Assembly (NCBI GenBank): GCA_028284445.1
Contig: JANQRS010000011.1
Location: 128,321-192,320 of the forward strand
Length of the DNA stretch: 64,000 nt
From: Calditrichia bacterium
GTDB taxonomy: Bacteria; Calditrichota; Calditrichia; RBG-13-44-9; J075
Direction of reading: 5' to 3'
This document shows, piece after piece, positions 39,279-48,507 of the stretch; positions within the stretch are counted from its first letter, which is position 1, and the number at the start of each line of letters is the position of its first letter. A model generated the notes under the pieces. The model was not told the DNA's origin and searched no databases. It saw only the letters and a list, made by a program, of their open reading frames with translations. The translations under genes and the position numbers were made by a program.

Positions 39279-39551
39279 ATGAACCGTCTGACAATCCTGA
39301 TGATTTTGTCAATCTGCGGCCTATTCATTGGATGCCTGATGATTGCCTATGGCGTATTGTTCGATCCGTTCAGTATTCCGTTCCAGGATTACGATCAAAT
39401 GCCGAAGGAGACCCAGCAAAAGTATGAAGCAGAATCTCGCGCAATGAGTCAATTGGTTCTTGCTGGCCTTTGCGTTACCGGGGCTGCCGGGGCAGGCATG
39501 ATCATTGGGCTCGTGGTCAAATTTGTTGAAAAAAACAAAAATGGGGGATAA
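39279..39551 (+). CDS. small hypothetical membrane protein
   Basis: Two TM helices. ATG 39279. Confidence 0.35.
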   Translation: MNRLTILMILSICGLFIGCLMIAYGVLFDPFSIPFQDYDQMPKETQQKYEAESRAMSQLVLAGLCVTGAAGAGMIIGLVVKFVEKNKNGG

Positions 39552-39578
39552 ACCGATCATTGACTCGAGGAGTATCAT

Positions 39579-41363
39579 ATGGCATCTCGAAGCATAGGGT
39601 TAATGCCCGCATTCCTTGCTTTTGCTTTCATTACCATTAGTGCGTTCGCCCAGCAGCCTCCCGACTATTTCCATTTCTGGAACGACGGTAAATGGATTTC
39701 CGAAGTCACTATCTACAATCAGGACACTATTCCGGAACAGGATTACTTTCTTGTCAAGAAACTCGAAGGCATGACGGCATTCCGGGAAGAGTGGAAGATC
39801 TTTATTGGCGATGGGGAATATGTGGATGCAACTGTCACTCGCGCGTATGACAAGGCCAGTAAGAAGTGGAGCCTCTATTACGTAGACGATGTCAGCGCCC
39901 AGCATTGGGATAGCAAGCTGCTCGATGATAAAGTCTATTTTTTCAAAACATTTACATTCAAGGGTATGACTTTTTATTCCCGGCAGTCCTGGTCTGTGCT
40001 TCCGAACGGAAAGGTGCTGAGAACGATTGACCGCTCAGAAGATCAAAAAAGCTGGCAGCCTCGATACCGACAGATGTTCAAGCGAGTGGAAGAGAAAAGC
40101 GTCGGTCAGGAGAAGAGCGGCCGCGTGATTGATCGAAGCAAGTATCGTGACCAGCTTTACGGATTCTGGCTGGGCCAGTGTATTGCCAATTGGACCGGGT
40201 TGGTCACAGAGATGGATAAAATCGGCAATATCGGTGATATCCAAACCGGCCCTTTTTATACTCGGGATGATTGGGGGAAGCCGGATCAGCCGAGCATTTG
40301 GGGAGAAGGTCAGCCGAGTGACCTTTCCCCGACGATCGATTTTGTGTTTCGCGATGAAGGAGAAGTTTGGGGCGCAGACGACGATACCGATATTGAGTAT
40401 ATGTATCAGCATCTCCTGTTTACAAATCAGACGTCTTTCCTCGCAGCCACCCAAATTCGGGATGGTTGGATGAAACACATCAAAGCGGAGGAGGAAAACT
40501 ATCTCTGGGTCTCCAATCAAGCGGCTTTCGATCTAATGAAAAGTGGTGCTTTGCCACCGGCAACCAGCGAACCGGGCAGCAATCCCCATTATGACATGAT
40601 TGATGCTCAACTGACCACTGAAATTTTTGGCCTGTATGCGCCCGGCCATCCTGAAGTGGCCTTGAAGATGGCTTATTTACCAATTCGCACAACGGCGCGC
40701 AAGGAGGCTGCTTCTATTTCGGAGTTTTATGTCATTATGTATTCTCTGGCGACGATCGCTGATCCATCGATCTCAATGAAAATGCAAATGATGTCGATGG
40801 CGGAAAACGCTCGCAAACATTTGCCAAATGAATCATACCCGGCCGCAATGTATGATTTCGTCAAGTCAAAATATGATGCTGGTTTACCCTGGGAAGCGAC
40901 CCGGGATGCGATCTACCAACGATATCAAGTGGAGCAGGCTGACGGATACGATATCACCTCCCGTAAGCTCTATTGCAATGGCTGCTTTGCTGCCGGCATC
41001 AATTTCGCCGCCAGCCTGGTCAGCCTTTTCTATGGTGAAGGCAATTTCAGGGAAACGATCAAGATCGGCGTACTTGCCGGATGGGATTCCGACAACCCAA
41101 GCGCCACCTGGGGGGGTATGCTGGGATTCATGTTGGGCAAATACGGCCTGGAAGAAACGTTTGAGCGGACATTCTCGGACAAATTCAATATCCATCGCAC
41201 GCGGCAAAACTTCCCGAATTCGATTGATGATTTCGACAATATGGCGGAGCAAGGTTTGGCGATCGTAGATCGGGTTGTCAGGGAGGAGCTTGGTGGCAGT
41301 CTCGATCTAAAAGAGAATTTATGGCTTATGCCTGACTCGGAGCTAACTAGCCAATTAGAATGA
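39579..41363 (+). CDS. secreted ADP-ribosylglycohydrolase (ARH/DraG) family protein with about 190 aa N-terminal extra domain
   Basis: Signal peptide. ARH-like Gly-rich N-motif (YGFWLGQCIANWTG) and C-terminal metal-site motif (GWDSDNPSATWGGMLG, compare GGDTDT..A..G). Confidence 0.55.
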   Translation: MASRSIGLMPAFLAFAFITISAFAQQPPDYFHFWNDGKWISEVTIYNQDTIPEQDYFLVKKLEGMTAFREEWKIFIGDGEYVDATVTRAYDKASKKWSLYYVDDVSAQHWDSKLLDDKVYFFKTFTFKGMTFYSRQSWSVLPNGKVLRTIDRSEDQKSWQPRYRQMFKRVEEKSVGQEKSGRVIDRSKYRDQLYGFWLGQCIANWTGLVTEMDKIGNIGDIQTGPFYTRDDWGKPDQPSIWGEGQPSDLSPTIDFVFRDEGEVWGADDDTDIEYMYQHLLFTNQTSFLAATQIRDGWMKHIKAEEENYLWVSNQAAFDLMKSGALPPATSEPGSNPHYDMIDAQLTTEIFGLYAPGHPEVALKMAYLPIRTTARKEAASISEFYVIMYSLATIADPSISMKMQMMSMAENARKHLPNESYPAAMYDFVKSKYDAGLPWEATRDAIYQRYQVEQADGYDITSRKLYCNGCFAAGINFAASLVSLFYGEGNFRETIKIGVLAGWDSDNPSATWGGMLGFMLGKYGLEETFERTFSDKFNIHRTRQNFPNSIDDFDNMAEQGLAIVDRVVREELGGSLDLKENLWLMPDSELTSQLE

Positions 41364-41953
41364 AATCTGAAGATATCCCTGTAAACATCGATCAGATCCA
41401 GAGAGTCAACGTCATTGGCACGTCAGGTAGCGGGAAATCGACATTTGCCCGACAACTGGCGCTTATTCTGGATCTGCCATATGTTGAAATGGACGACATT
41501 TATTGGGGACCAAACTGGACCAAGCCGGACGACGATGTCTTCTTTGCAAATTTGGAAAAGGAGATCAATAAAGATCGCTGGGTGTTGGACGGCAATTATT
41601 CGCGCACGACGCCGATAAAATGGCAAGAGGTGCAATTAATTATCTGGCTAGATATGCCCTTTTGGCTGACGCTTTCGCGGGTGACAAAGCGGGCTATTCA
41701 GAGATCTATGAGCCAGGAAGAACTATGGCCTGGCACTGGCAATCGGGAAACGCTACGTAAATCATTTTTGTCACGTGACTCAATTATTCTCTGGTCCATC
41801 ACGAGCTATCGACGGAATCGTCAACGCTATGCCGGTATGATGACTTCACCGAGATACCGCCATCTTCCTTTTTTGCGATTAACGTCGCCACAAGCCGTCG
41901 AACGGTTTCTCGATACCTGCTCTGAAAATATGTTAGTCAAAAGCAAATCATAG
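41360..41953 (+). CDS. adenylate-kinase-like P-loop ATPase (topology-modulation/AAA_33-like)
   Basis: Walker A IGTSGSGKST. Overall FlaR/adenylate-kinase-like pattern. ATGA overlap with the upstream gene. Confidence 0.65.
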   Translation: MKSEDIPVNIDQIQRVNVIGTSGSGKSTFARQLALILDLPYVEMDDIYWGPNWTKPDDDVFFANLEKEINKDRWVLDGNYSRTTPIKWQEVQLIIWLDMPFWLTLSRVTKRAIQRSMSQEELWPGTGNRETLRKSFLSRDSIILWSITSYRRNRQRYAGMMTSPRYRHLPFLRLTSPQAVERFLDTCSENMLVKSKS

Positions 41954-41956
41954 AGC

Positions 41957-42652
41957 GTGAAGGTCGAAACCGAGATGTCTAACATTGGCACCCTTAACGA
42001 GAAGTCGCTGCATATTTCCTTAAAGCAGTGGTATTGCCAGCCGGGCGACCAGCTGGAAGTTCCGGTTGGTCGACATGTGATTGACATTGTTCGCGGGGAT
42101 CAGTTGATTGAAATTCAGACCCGAAATTTCGCTGCAATCAAGCGAAAGCTTTATCAACTTGTTGAAAAACATGAAGTGAGGCTTGTCTACCCCATTGCGG
42201 AGTTGAAATGGGTTATCAAGTTGCCGACCGAAGAAGACGGCGAACCCAGTCGACGTCGGTCGCCAAAACAAGGCAATTTATTGGAGTTGTTTAACGAACT
42301 GGTTAGTTTTCCAGAATTGCTCAATCACAAGAATTTTTCATTACATGTCTTGCTGATTGCAGAAGAGGAAGTGCGTCGATTTACTGGCAAAACCAACTGG
42401 CGGCGTAAGGGATGGGTTACACAGGAGCGAAAAATGTTGTATGTTGTGAATGATGACCATCTCTTTGAAAATGGTTCGGATTTAAGAGCACTCATTCCAC
42501 ATGAGTTTCCGGGAGCTTTTACAGTAGCAGACCTTGTCGAGACCGCTGGTATCTCAAAACGATTAGCAGGAAAAATGGCATACTGCTTGAAGAAGGCTAA
42601 AGCCATAACCGCTCACGGAAAACGTGGGAATGCAATCCTCTATCACATGTAG
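41957..42652 (+). CDS. hypothetical protein (putative restriction-endonuclease-like core + C-terminal wHTH)
   Basis: D...IDIVRGDQLIEIQ strand pair resembling a PD-(D/E)xK-type core. C-terminal helix-turn-helix-like segment. A 3 nt gap separates it from the upstream gene. ATG 41975 is an alternative start. Confidence 0.35.
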   Translation: MKVETEMSNIGTLNEKSLHISLKQWYCQPGDQLEVPVGRHVIDIVRGDQLIEIQTRNFAAIKRKLYQLVEKHEVRLVYPIAELKWVIKLPTEEDGEPSRRRSPKQGNLLELFNELVSFPELLNHKNFSLHVLLIAEEEVRRFTGKTNWRRKGWVTQERKMLYVVNDDHLFENGSDLRALIPHEFPGAFTVADLVETAGISKRLAGKMAYCLKKAKAITAHGKRGNAILYHM

Positions 42653-42668
42653 CGAGGATGATAGGCAT

Positions 42669-42889
42669 CATGACGAATAGTGAATTTAGATTCTCAAAAA
42701 ATATAGCCCATGCCCGTACCATTCCCGCTGAATGGTGCACCAATCCTGCGCGTTTGCAACTTGAGCAGGAGAAAATCTTTAAGCAAAGCTGGCAGAGTGT
42801 TTAGCGAATTAAAGGGTTCAAGGGACGATATTCCGTGAAGCGTGGAAACGGCGTGCGCCACTTTCATGGTCTGTTGGATGAGTTTATGA
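42669..42889 (+). pseudogene. decayed Rieske non-haem iron oxygenase alpha-subunit remnant
   Basis: A 44-codon fragment (IPAEWCTNPARLQLEQEKIFKQSW) matches the N-terminus of Rieske oxygenases. Downstream, in another frame, NGVRHFHG resembles a degenerate C-R-H-R-G Rieske box. Confidence 0.4.
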
Positions 42890-42910
42890 ATGACCAATCT
42901 GGAGAAACGA

Positions 42911-43477
42911 ATGAATAAACAAACGCTTCTCATGCTGATAGATTTGCAATATGCGATTGACCATCCCGATTGGGGACAGCGCAATAATCCGGAAGCCGAA
43001 AAGCAGATGGTTCGCCTGCTGACTGAATGGCGTCAGCGAAGCATGCCCCTTTTGCACATCAAACATATGTCTGTCGATCCAACATCGCACTATCGCCCCG
43101 GTCAACCTGGCAATGACTTTCGGGAGGAGACCAAACCATTGCCCGGTGAAGAGGTCCTGGAAAAGTCTAGCAACAGCGCCTTTGTCGGCACTGGTCTGGA
43201 AGACACTCTGAAGGCCAGGGGAATTTCTGACATTGTCATTGTTGGCGTTATAACTAATAACTCGGTAGAAGCGACTGCCCGCATGTCTGGTAATCTAGGC
43301 TTCCATACAACGGTTGTTCTTGATGCAACCTACACCTTTGGCCGCGCTGATTTTGCCGGTGCCTGGCGAACCGCTGATGAAGTGCATAACATGTCTTTGG
43401 CCAATATGGCCGGTGAGTATGCCGAGATACGTAGCACGGATGAGGTTTTATCACTGATGATCAAAGGCAAGAGATGA
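42911..43477 (+). CDS. isochorismatase-family cysteine hydrolase
   Basis: LL.ID.Q...D...G, K and VVGV.TN.CV-type catalytic pattern (DIVIVGVITNNSVEAT). GGAGAAA RBS before ATG 42911. Confidence 0.75.
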   Translation: MNKQTLLMLIDLQYAIDHPDWGQRNNPEAEKQMVRLLTEWRQRSMPLLHIKHMSVDPTSHYRPGQPGNDFREETKPLPGEEVLEKSSNSAFVGTGLEDTLKARGISDIVIVGVITNNSVEATARMSGNLGFHTTVVLDATYTFGRADFAGAWRTADEVHNMSLANMAGEYAEIRSTDEVLSLMIKGKR

Positions 43478-43490
43478 TGGAGCAATTTCA

Positions 43491-44753
43491 TTGATCACTG
43501 TTCCTGAAGACTCGTTATCAAATGATATTTCCCGCATCTATCAGGCGGAATCCCGCCGGGTTCTCGCCACCTTGATTCGTTTGCTCGGGAATTTCGACCT
43601 TGCCGAAGAAGCGATGCAGGAGGCATTTATCGCCGCCCTTCAAAAATGGCCCGGCGAAGGTATCCCGAAAAACCCACGTGCCTGGCTGGTCTCCGCTGGG
43701 CGCTTCAAAATAATTGATCGGCTGCGGCGTGAAAAACGCGGCCGGGAGCTGGCCGAAGAACAGGCTGAGCAGCCTGCCGAGAGATATGCCTTCCAGCCAG
43801 AGACCAACAATGTGGCAATAGAGGATGATCAGCTTCGCCTTATTTTCTATTGTTGTCATCCCACGCTGCCACTCGACAGTCGCATTGCCCTGGCCTTACG
43901 TGAGGTTTGTGGCATGTCTACCGCAGAAATTGCCAGAGCCTACCTTGTGCAGCCCGATGCCATGAAGAAACGAATCTCCCGATCCAAAGCACAACTGCGT
44001 GAGGACAAAGTCGTCTATGAAATCCCAGGTAAAGACACACTTGACAGTTACTTAAATACAGTTCTGCACGTCATCTATTTGATTTACAATGAAGGATATG
44101 CTGCCACAGGAGGGGAACATCATCAACGACCGGAATTGACGCAGGAGGCTATTTTCCTGGCCCGGGAGATTGTACGTCTCTTGCCGGAGCCCGAAGCACT
44201 TGGCTTACTGTCGCTTCTCTTGCTTCATGAATCGCGCAGCAATGCCCGAGTTGATGGTGATGGTATTCCAATTTCTTTGGAGTCGCAGGATCGCAGCCTG
44301 TGGGATCAGGATTTGATTGACGAAGGCATACGAGTTTTGCATAAATCAGTTTTGTCCGGACGAATGGGATACTATAGTTTGCAGGCCGCAATCGTCTATG
44401 TGCATGTTAGTGCGCCATCCGCTGAGGCCACCAACTGGGCCTTGATTGTTGACTATTATCAGATGTTGGAAAAGATTCAACCATCACCGTTTATCGCCCT
44501 TCAAAAAGCCATCGCGACAGGAATGCTGGAAGGCCCTGAGACGGGCCTTGTGTTGCTGGATGCACTGGCCGATAATAAAAAAATGCAAAATTACCATCTG
44601 CTATATGCCGCTAAGGCTGATTTGGCGCGCAGGGCAGGTAAGAACGAGCTTGCAATTTCGAACTACAAAAAAGCCTTGAAATTTGTGTCCCAGCACGCGG
44701 AAAAACGTTATATTCAGCGGCAACTGGAAAAATTGAAGAAAAATGACAAGTGA
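43491..44753 (+). CDS. ECF sigma factor with C-terminal TPR-like extension (ECF42-type)
   Basis: Sigma2/sigma4 regions (YQAESRRVLATLIRLLGNFDLAEEAMQEAF...) plus an about 230 aa C-terminal extension. Followed by two DGPF/YciI-like genes. Confidence 0.75.
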   Translation: MITVPEDSLSNDISRIYQAESRRVLATLIRLLGNFDLAEEAMQEAFIAALQKWPGEGIPKNPRAWLVSAGRFKIIDRLRREKRGRELAEEQAEQPAERYAFQPETNNVAIEDDQLRLIFYCCHPTLPLDSRIALALREVCGMSTAEIARAYLVQPDAMKKRISRSKAQLREDKVVYEIPGKDTLDSYLNTVLHVIYLIYNEGYAATGGEHHQRPELTQEAIFLAREIVRLLPEPEALGLLSLLLLHESRSNARVDGDGIPISLESQDRSLWDQDLIDEGIRVLHKSVLSGRMGYYSLQAAIVYVHVSAPSAEATNWALIVDYYQMLEKIQPSPFIALQKAIATGMLEGPETGLVLLDALADNKKMQNYHLLYAAKADLARRAGKNELAISNYKKALKFVSQHAEKRYIQRQLEKLKKNDK

Positions 44754-44829
44754 TGTCCCCGCGGGCTATTCTTGTTCGACCAGTTAGTAAAGAGGGTCTC
44801 TACTCACTAACCAAAAGGAGCTGAACAAG

Positions 44830-45174
44830 ATGCAGTTTTTTGTCTATTTCACCGTAAATGAGAACACGCCAATGAAGCCTCCGACACCGGAAGGCATGGC
44901 CAAAATGGGACGGTTTATGAAAGAAGCGATGGAATCCGGCATGGTTGTCGCAACCGGACAAATGCCGCGGGCTGTCACCGAGGTGACACTAAAAGAAGAT
45001 GAAATCTCTGTCAGCGATGGCCCTTTCATTGAAGGCAAGGAGTTTATACCAGGGTTTACGGTCATTCGCGTAAATAGCAAGCAAGAAGCGATCGACTGGA
45101 CTAGCAAGCTTCGCGAATGCATGGGGGAGGGGACCCTGAAAATGGCGCAGCTCTCCGGAACAAGTTTTGACTAA
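44830..45174 (+). CDS. YciI-like (DGPF domain) protein
   Basis: DGPF motif (SDGPFIEGKEFIPGFTVI). Strong RBS. Confidence 0.7.
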   Translation: MQFFVYFTVNENTPMKPPTPEGMAKMGRFMKEAMESGMVVATGQMPRAVTEVTLKEDEISVSDGPFIEGKEFIPGFTVIRVNSKQEAIDWTSKLRECMGEGTLKMAQLSGTSFD

Positions 45175-45208
45175 GGCTTTGATTGCAAAAATACAAAGGA
45201 ACAACATT

Positions 45209-45502
45209 ATGAATGACTACATCATTTTACACTATGGATTTATCCCGCCGACACCAGAGCAGATGGGCGAATGGAATAGCTGGTTTCAATCGATTGCAGA
45301 CCGAAAAGTGGACCAGGGACATTTTCCTGCCGGAAAGGAATTTAGCGAAGCCGGCGCAGAAGATCTGCCGTTTGCTCGGGAGTCCATCACCGGATTTACA
45401 ATGATCAAGGCTGAGAATCTGGAGGAGGCTGCAGAAATAGCTTCGAAATGCCCATTTGTTGACAGCACACGTGTCTACGAAGTGAAACGCAATATGGGAT
45501 AA
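45209..45502 (+). CDS. YciI-like (DGPF domain) protein, second copy
   Basis: Same fold pattern (ITGFTMIKAENLEEAAEIA). ATG 45209 with AAAGGAAC RBS. Confidence 0.6.
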   Translation: MNDYIILHYGFIPPTPEQMGEWNSWFQSIADRKVDQGHFPAGKEFSEAGAEDLPFARESITGFTMIKAENLEEAAEIASKCPFVDSTRVYEVKRNMG

Positions 45503-45589
45503 TCAGGAAAATGTTCTCATCTTTACATCCTCGGTCATTTTCTTCTTAGAGAATGACCGGGGTGTTTAGGAATAACGTCACCTCAAGCC

Positions 45590-46108
45590 ATGACTCAATT
45601 GCTTCAAACGAAAAGAATCCTGCTTCGACCGCCAACTCAGGATGATGCTGAGGTGTTTCTCCAAGCGGTCCGCGAAAGCCAGAAACTCCACAGGCCATGG
45701 GTGTATCCGCCTGATAATCATGAGGCATTTACCCGGTATTTAAGACTCTGCAATGCAGATAACTTTTGGGGTTTCCTGGTTCTGGAAAATCAAAACAACG
45801 TGTTGGCCGGTGTTGTGAACATAGGTCAAATTGCTCAAAGTGGTTTAAATATATCGTTGTTGGGCTTTTATGGTTTTTCGGGGATGACGGGGAAAGGATA
45901 CCTCACGGATGCTTTGAATGTGATCTGTCGGTACGCGCTCAATGAATTGCGACTGCCGCGATTGGAGGTGAATGTCCAATCGAAAAACAGGCGCTCGATA
46001 GCACTTGTGAAACGCTGCGGTTTCAAAAAGTTGCCGGGACCAGCAATTTCGTTGAAAGTCGGTGAAAACCTGCAGGCGCATGAGCGTTGGGCACTCGTTC
46101 CAAAATAG
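45590..46108 (+). CDS. GNAT family N-acetyltransferase (RimJ/RimL-like)
   Basis: LRP.T..D motif at the N-terminus. Acetyl-CoA motif region. Confidence 0.75.
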   Translation: MTQLLQTKRILLRPPTQDDAEVFLQAVRESQKLHRPWVYPPDNHEAFTRYLRLCNADNFWGFLVLENQNNVLAGVVNIGQIAQSGLNISLLGFYGFSGMTGKGYLTDALNVICRYALNELRLPRLEVNVQSKNRRSIALVKRCGFKKLPGPAISLKVGENLQAHERWALVPK

Positions 46109-46251
46109 GGAGTTGGAATATTTTCAAAAGGCATCGAGCTTCCGGTAATATTTGTATAGGAAGCTGACACAAAAATCAAAATTCCAGGGCAAAAGTTCTA
46201 ATTGATTAGAAAGAAACATCGGATAAAGATCTGAACATAGGACAATGATCC

Positions 46252-48267
46252 ATGCCTCGAATATTCCTTGTGCTGGTGTACCTCATCAGCTGTACAGCCG
46301 TTGCGATTGCCTCGATTACTACCGCGGATTTTTTCAAGCGCTCGAACCTCAGTGGCGTCACGCTCTCGCCTGATGGGAAGCGTATTGCCTACCTGGCGAA
46401 TGATAATGACGGGAAAATTAGTATCATAGTAGCTGAGCTTGAATCTGGGAAAAAGACCAAATTAGAGCTAAGCGAAGCTGAATCATCAGAGCGATATCGC
46501 ATCTACATTCACTGGAGCACCAGCAAACGTTTGGTGCTCCAGGTAAATAATGGCCATGTTTACGCTGTTGATGCCAATGGCAAGAACAAAAGGCAGCTCT
46601 TCAAGAGCGCATTGAAGCAATCGATAGAATCAGTAGAGTATAAACAGCCGTTTGTGCGTGACCCACTTCTTGACGATCCCGATCATGTTTTGATACAGGT
46701 TCGTGAGGCCCGCACCTTCAATACCTCTAATTTCTCTTCGCGGAATTATGATGGCAACGCCCAGCGCCAGCGCCTTTACTTGACCTGGTGTTTTTACAAA
46801 ACGAATATCCATACCGGCAAGAAAGAATCCGTTTTTTGCGACACAGAAGATTTTTATTCAGTTGGGGTGAGTCGTCGCGGCGATATTAATGTCGGCGTGA
46901 AATACAGAAATGCCCGCTATACATTCTTCTACAGGGAGCCCGGAAAGAAGGGCTGGGAAGCGCTCGATGAGATCTTTCAGGATGATTCGCAGTCCGGATT
47001 TGACCTGGATGCCGAGAGCGCGACGAGCCGCCGCTGTATCATGCTGGGCAGCGGGTATTTGGACCACGGCTTTTATTATGCCTCCAATGTTCATTCGGAT
47101 AAGATGAATATTTACAAATACAATCTCCGCTCACAAAAAAACCAAATAGTTGCCGAAGCCGGAAAAACATATGATCTGGTGAGCCAGGAAGCATCTTACG
47201 GACGAAATAACTTGCTGTTTTCTGCAGCAAAAAAGAAGCTGGTAGGAATTCGCTATGAAGTTGACAAGAGAACGACAATGTGGCTGGAACCCTATTTCCT
47301 GCAAATTCAGCAGTTTCTTGATCAGCAGCTGCCCGGCAAGCTCAACCAGATTCTTGAGTGGAGCGATGACGATCAGGTATTTCTTGTTAAATCAGCGAAC
47401 AGTGTTGATCCGGGCCAATACTATGTGCTAAATGTCCGCGAAAAGAGTCTGCAGCAGGTTGGTCTATACAGTGAAAGCCTGGCGCAAGCGGAGCTCTCGC
47501 AGATGTATCCAATCAGCTTCAATGCGCGGGACGGACGCGAAATCCATGGCTATTTGACAATTCCCAATGCTGCTGACGGCGAACTTTTGCCGCTGGTTGT
47601 TTATCCGCACGGTGGGCCGTGGGTTCGCGATGTCTACGGATATGACGGAACAGTACAATTTCTGGCGCACCATGGCTATGCGGTATTGCAAGTGAATTTC
47701 CGCGGCTCGACCGGCTACGGATTTAGCCACTTTGATGCTGCACGGCTGAATTTTGGAGACGGCATCATCAATGACATTGTCGATGGCGTTCAGGAAATGA
47801 TTCAACAAAAGGTGGCCGATCCGAATCGAATTGCACTAATGGGCGCGAGCTACGGCGGATATGCGACAATGATGGCGCTAACAAGGCATCCTGAATTGTT
47901 CAAATGCGGCGTTCCCATTGCAGGGGTTTATGAGGTGGAAGATCAACTAAAAAGTTACCGGGCAGATATGGGGCGATCATTTGCCTACGAATATTGGCAA
48001 TTAATGGTCGGCGACGGAAATAGTTTGCGTAAGATTTCCCCGCTTTATAAACTTGATCGCCTGCAAGCACCGGTTCTGGTCATTCACGGCAAGGAGGATG
48101 AAGTTGTCTCCATCAATCAAGCCAGAAATCTCCGTGATGCCCTAGAGGAACAGAAGAAGACTTTTGAATACCAGGAGCTCGACAAAGCCGGTCACGGCGG
48201 CTGGAGTGTCGCTACCAACACCAACGTTCATAACAGCATTTTGACGTTTTTACGAAAGCAACTATAA
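46252..48267 (+). CDS. S9 family peptidase (prolyl oligopeptidase/DPP-like) with N-terminal beta-propeller
   Basis: Signal peptide. Catalytic GASYGGY elbow, downstream D and H (GHGG). Confidence 0.8.
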   Translation: MPRIFLVLVYLISCTAVAIASITTADFFKRSNLSGVTLSPDGKRIAYLANDNDGKISIIVAELESGKKTKLELSEAESSERYRIYIHWSTSKRLVLQVNNGHVYAVDANGKNKRQLFKSALKQSIESVEYKQPFVRDPLLDDPDHVLIQVREARTFNTSNFSSRNYDGNAQRQRLYLTWCFYKTNIHTGKKESVFCDTEDFYSVGVSRRGDINVGVKYRNARYTFFYREPGKKGWEALDEIFQDDSQSGFDLDAESATSRRCIMLGSGYLDHGFYYASNVHSDKMNIYKYNLRSQKNQIVAEAGKTYDLVSQEASYGRNNLLFSAAKKKLVGIRYEVDKRTTMWLEPYFLQIQQFLDQQLPGKLNQILEWSDDDQVFLVKSANSVDPGQYYVLNVREKSLQQVGLYSESLAQAELSQMYPISFNARDGREIHGYLTIPNAADGELLPLVVYPHGGPWVRDVYGYDGTVQFLAHHGYAVLQVNFRGSTGYGFSHFDAARLNFGDGIINDIVDGVQEMIQQKVADPNRIALMGASYGGYATMMALTRHPELFKCGVPIAGVYEVEDQLKSYRADMGRSFAYEYWQLMVGDGNSLRKISPLYKLDRLQAPVLVIHGKEDEVVSINQARNLRDALEEQKKTFEYQELDKAGHGGWSVATNTNVHNSILTFLRKQL

Positions 48268-48293
48268 ATTGGACTTGTTAACCGGAGAACAAA

Positions 48294-48494
48294 ATGGCCA
48301 AATGGAAATATAAGATAATTGATTCACGGGATGTTGAACGCGAAGGTTTGTTTAAAGGCCGGGCTCGCGAAAAGCTGGAAGCTTATCTAAATGAACTCGG
48401 TGCCAGTGGCTGGGAAATCGTCAACGTCGATTTCAACGACTTGACCGAGGGACACGGCACTTTTGTAGGGATAGCCAAGAAGCTCGTGCAGTAA
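48294..48494 (+). CDS. DUF4177 domain protein
   Basis: 66 aa. WKYK..D...E..G..GWEIVNV pattern. Confidence 0.55.
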   Translation: MAKWKYKIIDSRDVEREGLFKGRAREKLEAYLNELGASGWEIVNVDFNDLTEGHGTFVGIAKKLVQ

Positions 48495-48507
48495 GTTCGA
48501 TCAAGGA

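Noticed and set aside
44754-44790. CCCGCGGG palindrome after the sigma-factor gene, as a candidate terminator
   Set aside because: An 8 bp self-complementary site with no loop and no T-tract. It does not fit an intrinsic terminator.
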